Below, in pieces: positions 29,585-38,182 of a stretch of 64,000 nt of DNA (its first letter is position 1; each line of letters begins with the position of its first letter). Position numbers and translations under genes: made by a program. This stretch comes from Spirochaetia bacterium (GTDB lineage: Bacteria; Patescibacteriota; Microgenomatia; UBA1400; MFAQ01): contig DATIKJ010000051.1 in the NCBI GenBank assembly GCA_035477615.1, positions 1,009 through 65,008 of the forward strand, given 5' to 3'. The notes below the pieces were generated by a model. That model had not been told where the DNA came from. It did no database searches and saw nothing but the letters and a program-made list of their open reading frames with translations.

Positions 29585-30136
29585 TTAAAAGTCGAGTCCA
29601 GAAACAGCCAATACACCCTTGTCGTATGGGTGTTTTATTTTCTTCATTTCCGTCACCAGATCCGCAATTTCTTTTATCTCCCGAGGACAGTCATGTCCCG
29701 TTAAAACAACATGTGTTTTATCTCTCATCTTGACTATCTCTAAAACATCCTCTATGGTTAAAAGTCTGTCATTTACCGCTCTTAATACTTCATCAAGCAC
29801 TAAAAGATCCACCATACCCCCAGTACCCTCTTTTCCAAACAAAACACTCTTTGCTAATAAAATACCAGATATAGCCGCATTTTTATGCCCATCTGGGGTA
29901 TCGTGATCTATCGGACCACCATAAAATCCTTTTCCTATCCAGTACATCTTCAAATCATTTTGAAATGTCTTTGGAAGTTTCATCTCTGAAATTTTCCAAG
30001 ATTTTTCTTTATACCAAGAAATCCAGACTACTTTTTTTTTGTTTAAAAGCATTCGCACAGTTACTCCTAAAGCTGCGCTAGTTTTCCCCTTTCCATATCC
30101 TTCAAAAACATAAACCAAGCCTTCTTTGATCTTCAT
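29585..30136 (-). CDS. btuR: Cob(I)alamin adenosyltransferase (CobA/BtuR/CobO type)
   Basis: G.GKGKTSAALG, LVLDE, ADLVTEM.KIKHPY..G; start moved to MKIKE. Confidence 0.88.
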   Translation of the reverse strand: MKIKEGLVYVFEGYGKGKTSAALGVTVRMLLNKKKVVWISWYKEKSWKISEMKLPKTFQNDLKMYWIGKGFYGGPIDHDTPDGHKNAAISGILLAKSVLFGKEGTGGMVDLLVLDEVLRAVNDRLLTIEDVLEIVKMRDKTHVVLTGHDCPREIKEIADLVTEMKKIKHPYDKGVLAVSGLDF

Positions 30137-30441
30137 ATAAAAATAATACACCTCATCCCCAAAAAATAGTTTTGTAATATACAAAACACACTCAAATATA
30201 TAAAAAACTATAGTGTCTAGACACTGTCGTTCAACCAATCCTTAACCAAAAAATGATGCCATTATCAAAAAACAAAAAAAGATTGATACAAAGCGAAAAA
30301 AACCATAAAACCACCTCTTAGCAATGTCAACAAAAGACTGATAGTAATCACAATTACCTAATACCATTAAATACTATCCAAAGAGACTTGTCAAATTACT
30401 CACCGATATCATCAAACTACATCATATCAGTTCCAAATATA

Positions 30442-32865
30442 TCAGCATTTACTTGCACCGCAAGAGTAACATTTCTGACACCCTTCCTCCAAGACCAAAC
30501 TAGCCTGTCCACACTCAGGGCAAAGGTCCCCTTTCTTAATCTTTAAAGGTAGCTCTTGTTGCGTTGCCAGTAGTTCTGGTTTACTCTCACTAATCACCGC
30601 CGGTATACTCTCATCTACCCTTACATACTCACGTAACACCTTTGCCACTCCATCAGCCAGACTTCTTACTCTGTTATTTCCAAACCCCACACTATCTGCT
30701 CCGCCGATTCCCGACAACTGATCAACTACTGCTTCAGCTACTGCCTTAGCCGGATACTGAGAAGGAACCCTAAGAGACAATGAAATCAGTCTTCCAATAG
30801 CTTCGGCATCTGCCATCACGTGTGATCCTGCCTTACCTACATTTATAAAAACCTCAAAAGGATTCCCTTGTTCGTCAGCATTGATCACTACAAAGGCAGT
30901 ACCTACCGGTGTCTGTATCTTGTATGTGTTTCCCTGCAATTTACTTGGTCTCACTCGCATATCTACAGTTTCTACTTCTTTCTCGACCATCATTTCTTCT
31001 TTCTTCGTACCCACATTCAAAACTTGCCACTCCTTACAACCATCTCTATATATTGTAATTCCCATACAACCCAGTTCATAAGCCGACAAATATGCCTTGG
31101 CTACATCATCTACTACTGCTTCACTTGGAAGATTGATTGTTTTACTTACAGCGTTATCCAAGTTCTTCTGCCAAGCCGCCTGCATTTTTACATGCCACTC
31201 AGGAGAGATTTCATGAGCTGTCACCAATACTTTTTGCCATTTCTCTGGTACCTCAGAAACACCATGTACACTTCCAGTTTCTGCCACCTGAGCCATTAGC
31301 TTTTCACTCCAAAATCCCTCTCTTTTTGCTACCTGCTCAAAAGCTGGATCAGCAAAAAATAATTCACGATTAAGCGACTCGTCTTTCACCATATGTTTAT
31401 AAGCCAAAGCAAACACAGGCTCACAACCACCACTTGTATTAGCAATTATGCCAATCGACCCTGTTGGAGCTATCGTGGTGATTGCCGCATTTCTAATCGG
31501 TTCTTCATCTTTAAAGATACTTTCACCAAATAAGGGAAAAGCGCCACGTACCTTTGCCAAATCCCGACTCTCTTGATGAGCGGCATCATTAATTGTCTTC
31601 ATAATCTTCTCTGCCAATTTCAATGCCTCCTCTGAGTTGTACGGTACTCCCAAAAGATAAAGCATGTCCGCCCAACCACCAATTCCCAACCCCACTCTTC
31701 TAATTGACCTTACAGTGTCCCAAACCTGTTTCAAAGGATATGGATTAATCTCTATTACATCGTCCAAAAATCTTACCGCCTCACCTGCCGCTTTTTTCAG
31801 CTCTTCCCAGTCCACTACCTGCTTTCCATCTACTTCCTTCACAAAATAATTTAAGAAAATACTACCCAAATTACATGCATCAAATGGATATAGTGGCTGT
31901 TCTCCACACGGATTAGTACTTTCCACTGGACCCAAACTCGGCACTGGATTAGCCGCACTAGCGTTCACTCTATCTATAAAAATCATGCCAGGATCACCCG
32001 ACTGCCATGCACTCTCACAAATAAGATCAAAAATTTCTCTGGCATTTTCCTGGCGCACCACTTTTCCTGAGTGTGGCTCAATCAAGTCATACATTCCACC
32101 CTCAGCAACCGCTTTCATAAAAACGTCTGTTGCCGCAACCGAGATATTAAAATTTGTCAAACCTCCATCCAGCTTACATGTAATAAAGTCGCGCACATCT
32201 GGATGGTCAATTCGTAAAATTCCCATATTGGCCCCTCGACGTGTACCCCCTTGCTTGATCTGTTGAGTGGCTTCATTGAACACTTTCATAAAACTAATTG
32301 GTCCGCTTGCCACTCCTCTACTTCTTTTTACAGCCGCCCCTTTTTGACGTAATCGGCTAAAAGAAAATCCAGTGCCACCTCCAGACTGATGAATAATAGC
32401 TTGAAACTTTATAGCGTCAAAGATGCCCTCCAAAGAATCAGGAACAGGAATCACAAAACATCCTGAATACTGCAAACCGTTATTCTTTCCTGCATTCATC
32501 AAAGTTGGTGAGTTGGGCAAGAATTTACGACTACTCATCAATTTATAAAAACTTTTTGCTGTCTCTGTGATCTCTTCGATCGAAGATCCAAAACGTGCCT
32601 CTGCACTGGCGATTGCAAATGACACTCGCCACATCAACTCATCAGGTGTTTCGATTACTTCTCCCTCATTATTTTTATCCAAATATCTTTCTCTTAGTAC
32701 TTTTACGGCCTGAGTAGACCAATCCCCAGGAACTAGACTCTCTGGTATTGGTGGCATCTCCCCAACCTTTTTATTTACTTCGGCCATTACTTCTTCATAA
32801 GTCTCGGCAATAATCTTATCTTCTTTTTTATTCATATTTTGGTAAATAGTTGATGATACTGACAT
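30442..32865 (-). CDS. nrdJ: Adenosylcobalamin-dependent class II ribonucleotide reductase
   Basis: PNSPTLMNAG, STNPCGEQPL, IAPTGS, C-terminal TSCPD-like domain and CPECG..C..C..C. Confidence 0.93.
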   Translation of the reverse strand: MSVSSTIYQNMNKKEDKIIAETYEEVMAEVNKKVGEMPPIPESLVPGDWSTQAVKVLRERYLDKNNEGEVIETPDELMWRVSFAIASAEARFGSSIEEITETAKSFYKLMSSRKFLPNSPTLMNAGKNNGLQYSGCFVIPVPDSLEGIFDAIKFQAIIHQSGGGTGFSFSRLRQKGAAVKRSRGVASGPISFMKVFNEATQQIKQGGTRRGANMGILRIDHPDVRDFITCKLDGGLTNFNISVAATDVFMKAVAEGGMYDLIEPHSGKVVRQENAREIFDLICESAWQSGDPGMIFIDRVNASAANPVPSLGPVESTNPCGEQPLYPFDACNLGSIFLNYFVKEVDGKQVVDWEELKKAAGEAVRFLDDVIEINPYPLKQVWDTVRSIRRVGLGIGGWADMLYLLGVPYNSEEALKLAEKIMKTINDAAHQESRDLAKVRGAFPLFGESIFKDEEPIRNAAITTIAPTGSIGIIANTSGGCEPVFALAYKHMVKDESLNRELFFADPAFEQVAKREGFWSEKLMAQVAETGSVHGVSEVPEKWQKVLVTAHEISPEWHVKMQAAWQKNLDNAVSKTINLPSEAVVDDVAKAYLSAYELGCMGITIYRDGCKEWQVLNVGTKKEEMMVEKEVETVDMRVRPSKLQGNTYKIQTPVGTAFVVINADEQGNPFEVFINVGKAGSHVMADAEAIGRLISLSLRVPSQYPAKAVAEAVVDQLSGIGGADSVGFGNNRVRSLADGVAKVLREYVRVDESIPAVISESKPELLATQQELPLKIKKGDLCPECGQASLVLEEGCQKCYSCGASKC

Positions 32866-32869
32866 TTTG

Positions 32870-33334
32870 TTAATGAGTAGTTGTTAATCTTTTTGATCCA
32901 GCCACAAACTCTTGAAACTCACGAGCATCAGCAAAATCTAAGTAAACGCTTGCGAATCTCATGTAAGCCAAATCATCAATTCTCAGCAATCGAGACAGCA
33001 CCATCTTTCCGATATCGCTCGACTTTATCTCCACCGTTTTTCTATTTAACAACTTCGTTTCAATCTCATCCACCAGATTCTCAATCTCTCCTTCATCAAC
33101 CTTCCTTTTATAACAAGCTTTCTTAATTCCTTTTAGTAGTTTTTCTCTATCGTACTGCTCTACTTTACCGTTCTTTTTGATTACTTTCAAATCAATATTT
33201 ACCACTCTCTCATGGGTCGTAAATCTTTTTCCACACTTTTTACACTCTCGTCTGCGACGAATACCATCCTCTCCAGGCAAACCTCGACTTTCAAGTACCG
33301 ATGTATCTTCGTTGCAACAATATGGACAATTCAT
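32870..33334 (-). CDS. nrdR: Transcriptional repressor NrdR
   Basis: MNCPYC, RRRRECKKCGKRFTT.E, ATP cone, AYMRFASVY. Confidence 0.96.
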   Translation of the reverse strand: MNCPYCCNEDTSVLESRGLPGEDGIRRRRECKKCGKRFTTHERVVNIDLKVIKKNGKVEQYDREKLLKGIKKACYKRKVDEGEIENLVDEIETKLLNRKTVEIKSSDIGKMVLSRLLRIDDLAYMRFASVYLDFADAREFQEFVAGSKRLTTTH

Positions 33335-33340
33335 AATTAA

Positions 33341-33388
33341 ACACAATATTTAGTGTCGGATATTATCATGTAACACTACCCCTAGTAA
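33341..33388. promoter_or_regulatory. Tandem NrdR boxes
   Basis: ACACAATATTTAGTGT (33341-33356) and ACACTACCCCTAGTAA (33373-33388), 32 bp apart. Confidence 0.85.
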
Positions 33389-33459
33389 TGCAACTGCCAC
33401 ATACCATATCACAAAACGTCATTAAGGCCAATCTCCGCAAATTCTTCTTCAATCCATAC

Positions 33460-33482
33460 AAAAGGGCGGCTCTTCGCCGCCC
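33460..33482 (-). terminator. Intrinsic terminator
   Basis: GGGCGGC-GAAGA-GCCGCCC-TTTT on minus. Confidence 0.8.
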
Positions 33483-33489
33483 AAACAAC

Positions 33490-33867
33490 TTACTCTTCTC
33501 TTGGGGCAATCCACTCAGGCACTTCTTCAAGCATTATTGATAACATCCAACCTCCTAATGCTTCTTTATCTTCATGGTCAATATCAAAACTGCCCAACAA
33601 ACCATGGAAACACCTTAGCTGCTTCTGTCTTTCTTCCTTATCTTCTTGGCGCTATTTCCAATTGGAAATACTTCCCCCTCTACAAAACAACTTGGAAGCA
33701 TAACTGGACCAAGGGTTATCATTTTGAAACTCTCGTGGGCACAAACCCACTAATTCTTTTTCATTTGAGAGACCACCAAACGGTTGTGGTATTCCAGAAA
33801 ATAAAATTTTCATTTTTTCAGAGTCTAAAATTAATCTCCCCTTACCAACTACAGAACTTTTTACCAT
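33490..33867 (-). pseudogene. Hypothetical protein gene interrupted by one in-frame TAG
   Basis: TATAAT (33902-33907), AGGAGGT SD, 71 codons, TAG at 33652-33654, 53 more sense codons, TAA, terminator. Confidence 0.75.
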
Positions 33868-33912
33868 CACTACCTCCTATTAAGTTTGAAAGTACCCTCA
33901 GATTATACATCT

Positions 33913-34491
33913 CTATCCCAAAACCGCCAAATTCATTCCCAACCGAGCCAAGATCGATCCAGCCACGTTTTCCGATTTTACTCTAATCCAAGCACCAATC
34001 ACCCCACTTACCAAGGTTATCACCAAAGCTCCTAAAACCTCTATTCCTCCCGCTTGATAAACAAAAATCAATATCGGCAAACGAATTATCACCGCCATCA
34101 AGCCTACAATTATCAAGTTAAACCATCTTCCTTTTTGTATTTTTTCCAGATACCCGGCCACAAAACCACTAAAAGTAAGCTCTTCTGTCACAGCCGTAGC
34201 CACAGCCACCCCCATTAAATTAAAATCAAACTGAAAGTTTCCCCAGTTATTAAATCTCAAGACAACAAAATAACCTACTCCCATCACCAGTCCTAAAATC
34301 AAAGACTCTCCCCACTTTTTTCCAAACATTACTATTTTTTCTTTAAGCGCCAAATTCCACCAAAACAGTGGCACTAACCACAACATAGGTTTAAACCATA
34401 GCTCCTCAATTACTTCCGGTAAGCGAATAAAGTAGCGAAAACTTCCCCATATCAGTACCAGATATATATAGTAAAGCCAAAGTCGTTTCAC
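33913..34491 (-). CDS. CPBP/Abi-family intramembrane protease-like protein
   Basis: TEELTFSG motif, multiple TMs; His motifs appear replaced by Arg; GTG start 6 nt after TACGAT. Confidence 0.7.
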   Translation of the reverse strand: MKRLWLYYIYLVLIWGSFRYFIRLPEVIEELWFKPMLWLVPLFWWNLALKEKIVMFGKKWGESLILGLVMGVGYFVVLRFNNWGNFQFDFNLMGVAVATAVTEELTFSGFVAGYLEKIQKGRWFNLIIVGLMAVIIRLPILIFVYQAGGIEVLGALVITLVSGVIGAWIRVKSENVAGSILARLGMNLAVLG

Positions 34492-34526
34492 AACTTCATC
34501 GTACCATAGCATATATAATGTTACCT

Positions 34527-36896
34527 ATGGCTCTTACCAGAAAACAGCTTTTACGCACCATCGAAAAAAGCTTTCGCAAATGCACAAAGAATCGTCGCTC
34601 TCGTATTCTATCTTTGGTTTTTATTCTTGCTGGTATCTCACTTATCTCTCTTTTCTTTCTCTTCAAAGATGTTCCTAGTCCTGCCAAACTAATCAAAACT
34701 CCTGCTCCTATCAGTACTCAGATTCTTGATCGCAATGGCAAAATGCTTTACGAAGTTTACTCCGAGTACAAACGCACCCCCATTGCTCTAGTAGATATTC
34801 CTGACTATGTAAAACAAGGCACTATCGCAATCGAAGATAAAAACTTCTATCTCCATCACGGCATTGATCTCACTGGTATCATTCGTGCCACTTTCAATAC
34901 TATTGTAAAAGGCAAACGTCTTGCAGGTGGATCAACCATTACCCAACAACTAGTCAAAAACTCACTTCTCTCCGACAATCAACGCACCATCACCCGCAAA
35001 ATCAAAGAGGCCATTCTTGCCATAGCAACCGAACTAACCTACTCCAAAGATCAAATCCTCGAGCTGTATCTAAACTACACTCCTTATGGTGGTACAGCTT
35101 ATGGTATCGAGTCAGCTGCCAACACTTATTTTGGCAAAAGTGCCAAGGATCTAAGTTTGGCTGAGTCAGCACTCCTTGCAGGACTTCCCCAGTCCCCCAC
35201 TAGCTACTCTCCTTTCGGTGCTCGTCCAGAACTCGCCATTAATCGTCAAGGAGAAGTACTACGTCGCATGGTTGAAGACAAATATATTTCAGAAGAACAA
35301 GCCGAAACAGCCAAAAACGAAAAACTTGTCTTTGCAAAAAAAAATATTGTCATCAATGCTCCTCATTTCTCTTTAATGGTTCGTGATTCTTTGGTTCAAA
35401 AATACGGAGAGGATAAAGTAAACCTCGGCGGACTAAGAGTCACCACTACTCTCGATCTTGAACTTCAACAATACTTCGAGGCTTCCCTCGCAGCCGAAAT
35501 GAAAAAAATCGCCAAACTAAAAATAAGTAACGGCGCTGCTGTCGTTACCAAGCCAAATACTGGAGAAATAATTTCCCTTATTGGATCAAGAGATTACTTC
35601 AATGATGATATTGATGGTCAAGTAAACATTACCACTTCATTCCGCCAACCAGGAAGTTCCATAAAACCCATTAACTATGCTGTTGGCCTTCTTGAAGGTT
35701 GGCCAGCCAGCACTACTTATCTTGACCTTCCCACCTGTTTTAATGTTGCCGGCCAAAAACAGTACTGTCCCAAAAACTATGACAACACTTTCCGTGGACC
35801 AGTGTCTATGCGCCTTGCCCTCGCCAACTCGCTCAATATTCCCGCTGTCAAACAACTAGCACTCAATGGACTAGACTCATTTATTGCCACCGCTTCAGCT
35901 ATGGGCATCTCCACTTGGACAGACCAAAGTAAATACGGTTTATCACTCACTCTAGGTGGTGGTGAAGTCACCATGCTCGACATGGCCAAAGCTTTTGGTA
36001 CTTTTGCCAACTCAGGTGTTACTGTTCCTCTAATCTCTGTTACAAAAGTCGAAGACTACACTGGAAAAATACTAGAAGAAATTGATACAGAAAAAATCGC
36101 CAATATCGTTTCTGTACTTCCCGAAAACTGGACAGATTTCTGGCAAAAACAAAACGAGCCAAAAGACGATTTATTACCCACAAACCCTCGAGTAACCCTT
36201 CCTCAAGAAGTCGCTTTTATTATTTCGGATATTCTTTCAGACAATGGTGCCCGTAGTGCCGCCTTTGGATCAACTAGCCAGCTTGTTATTCCTGGCCACA
36301 CTGTCTCCGTCAAAACAGGTACAACGAACGACCTAAAAGACAACTGGACCATCGGCTTCACTCCAGACTACTTAGCAGTTACCTGGGTAGGCAACAACGA
36401 CAACACTTCTATGAGCTATGTTGCGTCAGGGGTTACCGGTGCTTCTCCTATCTGGAATACTATTATGAAGAAACTATTAAAAGACATCAAAAATCGCCCA
36501 CTAGTCCAGCCGGAAACTGTTACCAACTTTCAGGTGTGTAATCTTACCGGACTTCTCGCCCAACAAGAAAATCAATGCGAATCACACAATGAGTTCTTTA
36601 TCGAAAACATCCTCCCCCTTGGTCAAACCGCTTACCCATTAAGACAACAAATCTGGGTCCGTCGTTCCGACAAACAGCCAATTCTTCCTGGAGACGAAAC
36701 AGTTGATCGTGATCTTGAAGAACACACTGTTGTCTCTGATCCATTTACTCAAAACTTCTGTCTCGATTGCGTCTATCCCGTAGATGACAAAGGTAAAATC
36801 TCTTGGCCACAAACAGTAGTTGATTACTCCAAGTTCCAATACAAAAATGTTACTCCGAGTAATTATCTAAATCTCGCTCCAACCAATGCTCCGTAA
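34527..36896 (+). CDS. Class A penicillin-binding protein
   Basis: EDKNFYLH.G, GGSTITQQ, RKIKE; SSIK, SLN, KTGT. Confidence 0.94.
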   Translation: MALTRKQLLRTIEKSFRKCTKNRRSRILSLVFILAGISLISLFFLFKDVPSPAKLIKTPAPISTQILDRNGKMLYEVYSEYKRTPIALVDIPDYVKQGTIAIEDKNFYLHHGIDLTGIIRATFNTIVKGKRLAGGSTITQQLVKNSLLSDNQRTITRKIKEAILAIATELTYSKDQILELYLNYTPYGGTAYGIESAANTYFGKSAKDLSLAESALLAGLPQSPTSYSPFGARPELAINRQGEVLRRMVEDKYISEEQAETAKNEKLVFAKKNIVINAPHFSLMVRDSLVQKYGEDKVNLGGLRVTTTLDLELQQYFEASLAAEMKKIAKLKISNGAAVVTKPNTGEIISLIGSRDYFNDDIDGQVNITTSFRQPGSSIKPINYAVGLLEGWPASTTYLDLPTCFNVAGQKQYCPKNYDNTFRGPVSMRLALANSLNIPAVKQLALNGLDSFIATASAMGISTWTDQSKYGLSLTLGGGEVTMLDMAKAFGTFANSGVTVPLISVTKVEDYTGKILEEIDTEKIANIVSVLPENWTDFWQKQNEPKDDLLPTNPRVTLPQEVAFIISDILSDNGARSAAFGSTSQLVIPGHTVSVKTGTTNDLKDNWTIGFTPDYLAVTWVGNNDNTSMSYVASGVTGASPIWNTIMKKLLKDIKNRPLVQPETVTNFQVCNLTGLLAQQENQCESHNEFFIENILPLGQTAYPLRQQIWVRRSDKQPILPGDETVDRDLEEHTVVSDPFTQNFCLDCVYPVDDKGKISWPQTVVDYSKFQYKNVTPSNYLNLAPTNAP

Positions 36897-38109
36897 AATC
36901 AGTTTTCTTTTTCTATCTCTTGCCCTAATCTTAACTTCAGTCACAACCTACTACATCTGGCGCAGCAATCTCCCTCTAGTCAGTCCGATTGCCCTTATTG
37001 ATAGTCTCATCGGCAACTCTCCAGCAATCAAATCAGACAAGGTTGTTTACGGTTTCTTTCCTTACTGGAATCTAAAGTACTCCGAAAAACTAAATATTAG
37101 TTCCCTTACTCACTTTGCCTATTTTGCAATAGACCTCAATGCTGATGGCACCATCAACAAAAAAATAAACTCAGTAGAAACAGAACCTGGATGGAACAAA
37201 CTCAAATCAAAAGACACCAGCAAACTTCTCTATCAAGCCAAACTTCTTGGCCAAAAGACAGTTATCACTGTAACCGCTATGGAACCAGAAATCATCGAAG
37301 GAATCCTCAACTCTCCAGAAAACAAAGAAAGAACTATTTCTTCAATCATGTCTGTCTACAAAGACTATGACTTCGACGACATCAATATTGATTTCGAATA
37401 CGTCACTGTTGGGAACCAAATACTCAGAGACAGTCTGGTAGATTTTATTTCCAATCTACGGTCAGCATGCATTTCTTACAAGAGTCACTGTCAAATAGAC
37501 ATCGATATATTTGCCAGTGCCGGTGAAAAACCCCGTATCTGGGATTTAAAAAAACTCGAACCTTTTGTCGACAAATTTATTGTCATGGCTTACGACTATC
37601 ACAGAAAATCATCTTCACAAGCTGGGCCGGTTGCTCCTCTCAAAGGAAAATGTCCCACACCATACTCATATTCTGAAAAAAATAAGTGCATCGAAGAGGA
37701 TATCATCACTCACCTCTCACTTCTAAGCAAGCAAATTCCTTCAAATAAAATTATTCTTGGTGTCCCTTTTTATGGATACGAATGGCAAACTGCCACCAAA
37801 GAATATTTATCCAATACCTATTCTGGTACAGGCGCCTTAGCTACATATCAGCGAATTCAAACTCTTTTTCAAGACTCAAAAATTTCTTCACTTTCAGCAG
37901 AATGGTCTAGTTCTACCTTAAGTCCTTACCTCATCTTTCAAAAAGACGACAAAATTTTCCAAATTCATTTTGAAAACGCTCAGTCTCTCGAACAAAAAAT
38001 TAAACTTGTCGAGTCTGCCAATCTCGGTGGAGTTGCTATCTGGGCCTTGGGCTACGAAGGCGATTCCCAAGATTTATGGACTCCCATAAACTCTCTTTTT
38101 CGCCACTAG
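36886..38109 (+). CDS. Membrane-anchored glycoside hydrolase family 18
   Basis: DDINIDFE, MAYDY, LGVPFYG, GGVAIWALG. Confidence 0.88.
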   Translation: MLRKISFLFLSLALILTSVTTYYIWRSNLPLVSPIALIDSLIGNSPAIKSDKVVYGFFPYWNLKYSEKLNISSLTHFAYFAIDLNADGTINKKINSVETEPGWNKLKSKDTSKLLYQAKLLGQKTVITVTAMEPEIIEGILNSPENKERTISSIMSVYKDYDFDDINIDFEYVTVGNQILRDSLVDFISNLRSACISYKSHCQIDIDIFASAGEKPRIWDLKKLEPFVDKFIVMAYDYHRKSSSQAGPVAPLKGKCPTPYSYSEKNKCIEEDIITHLSLLSKQIPSNKIILGVPFYGYEWQTATKEYLSNTYSGTGALATYQRIQTLFQDSKISSLSAEWSSSTLSPYLIFQKDDKIFQIHFENAQSLEQKIKLVESANLGGVAIWALGYEGDSQDLWTPINSLFRH

Positions 38110-38182
38110 TCTTTTTATACTCTTGGATCTAAAATATACTTAGTTCGCAAAGTCCTGCCCTTTGAACAAATCAGCCTTCGAC

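Noticed and set aside
30137-30441. Cobalamin riboswitch or oriC
   Set aside because: No B12-box or conserved riboswitch core and no DnaA-box cluster visible
33652-33654. Genome-wide TAG recoding
   Set aside because: TAG terminates intact genes here (thrS, argS, trxB); no suppressor or pyrrolysine genes in the window
33501-33986. 161-aa plus-strand ORF
   Set aside because: Antisense shadow of the minus-strand unit that has the promoter, SD and terminator
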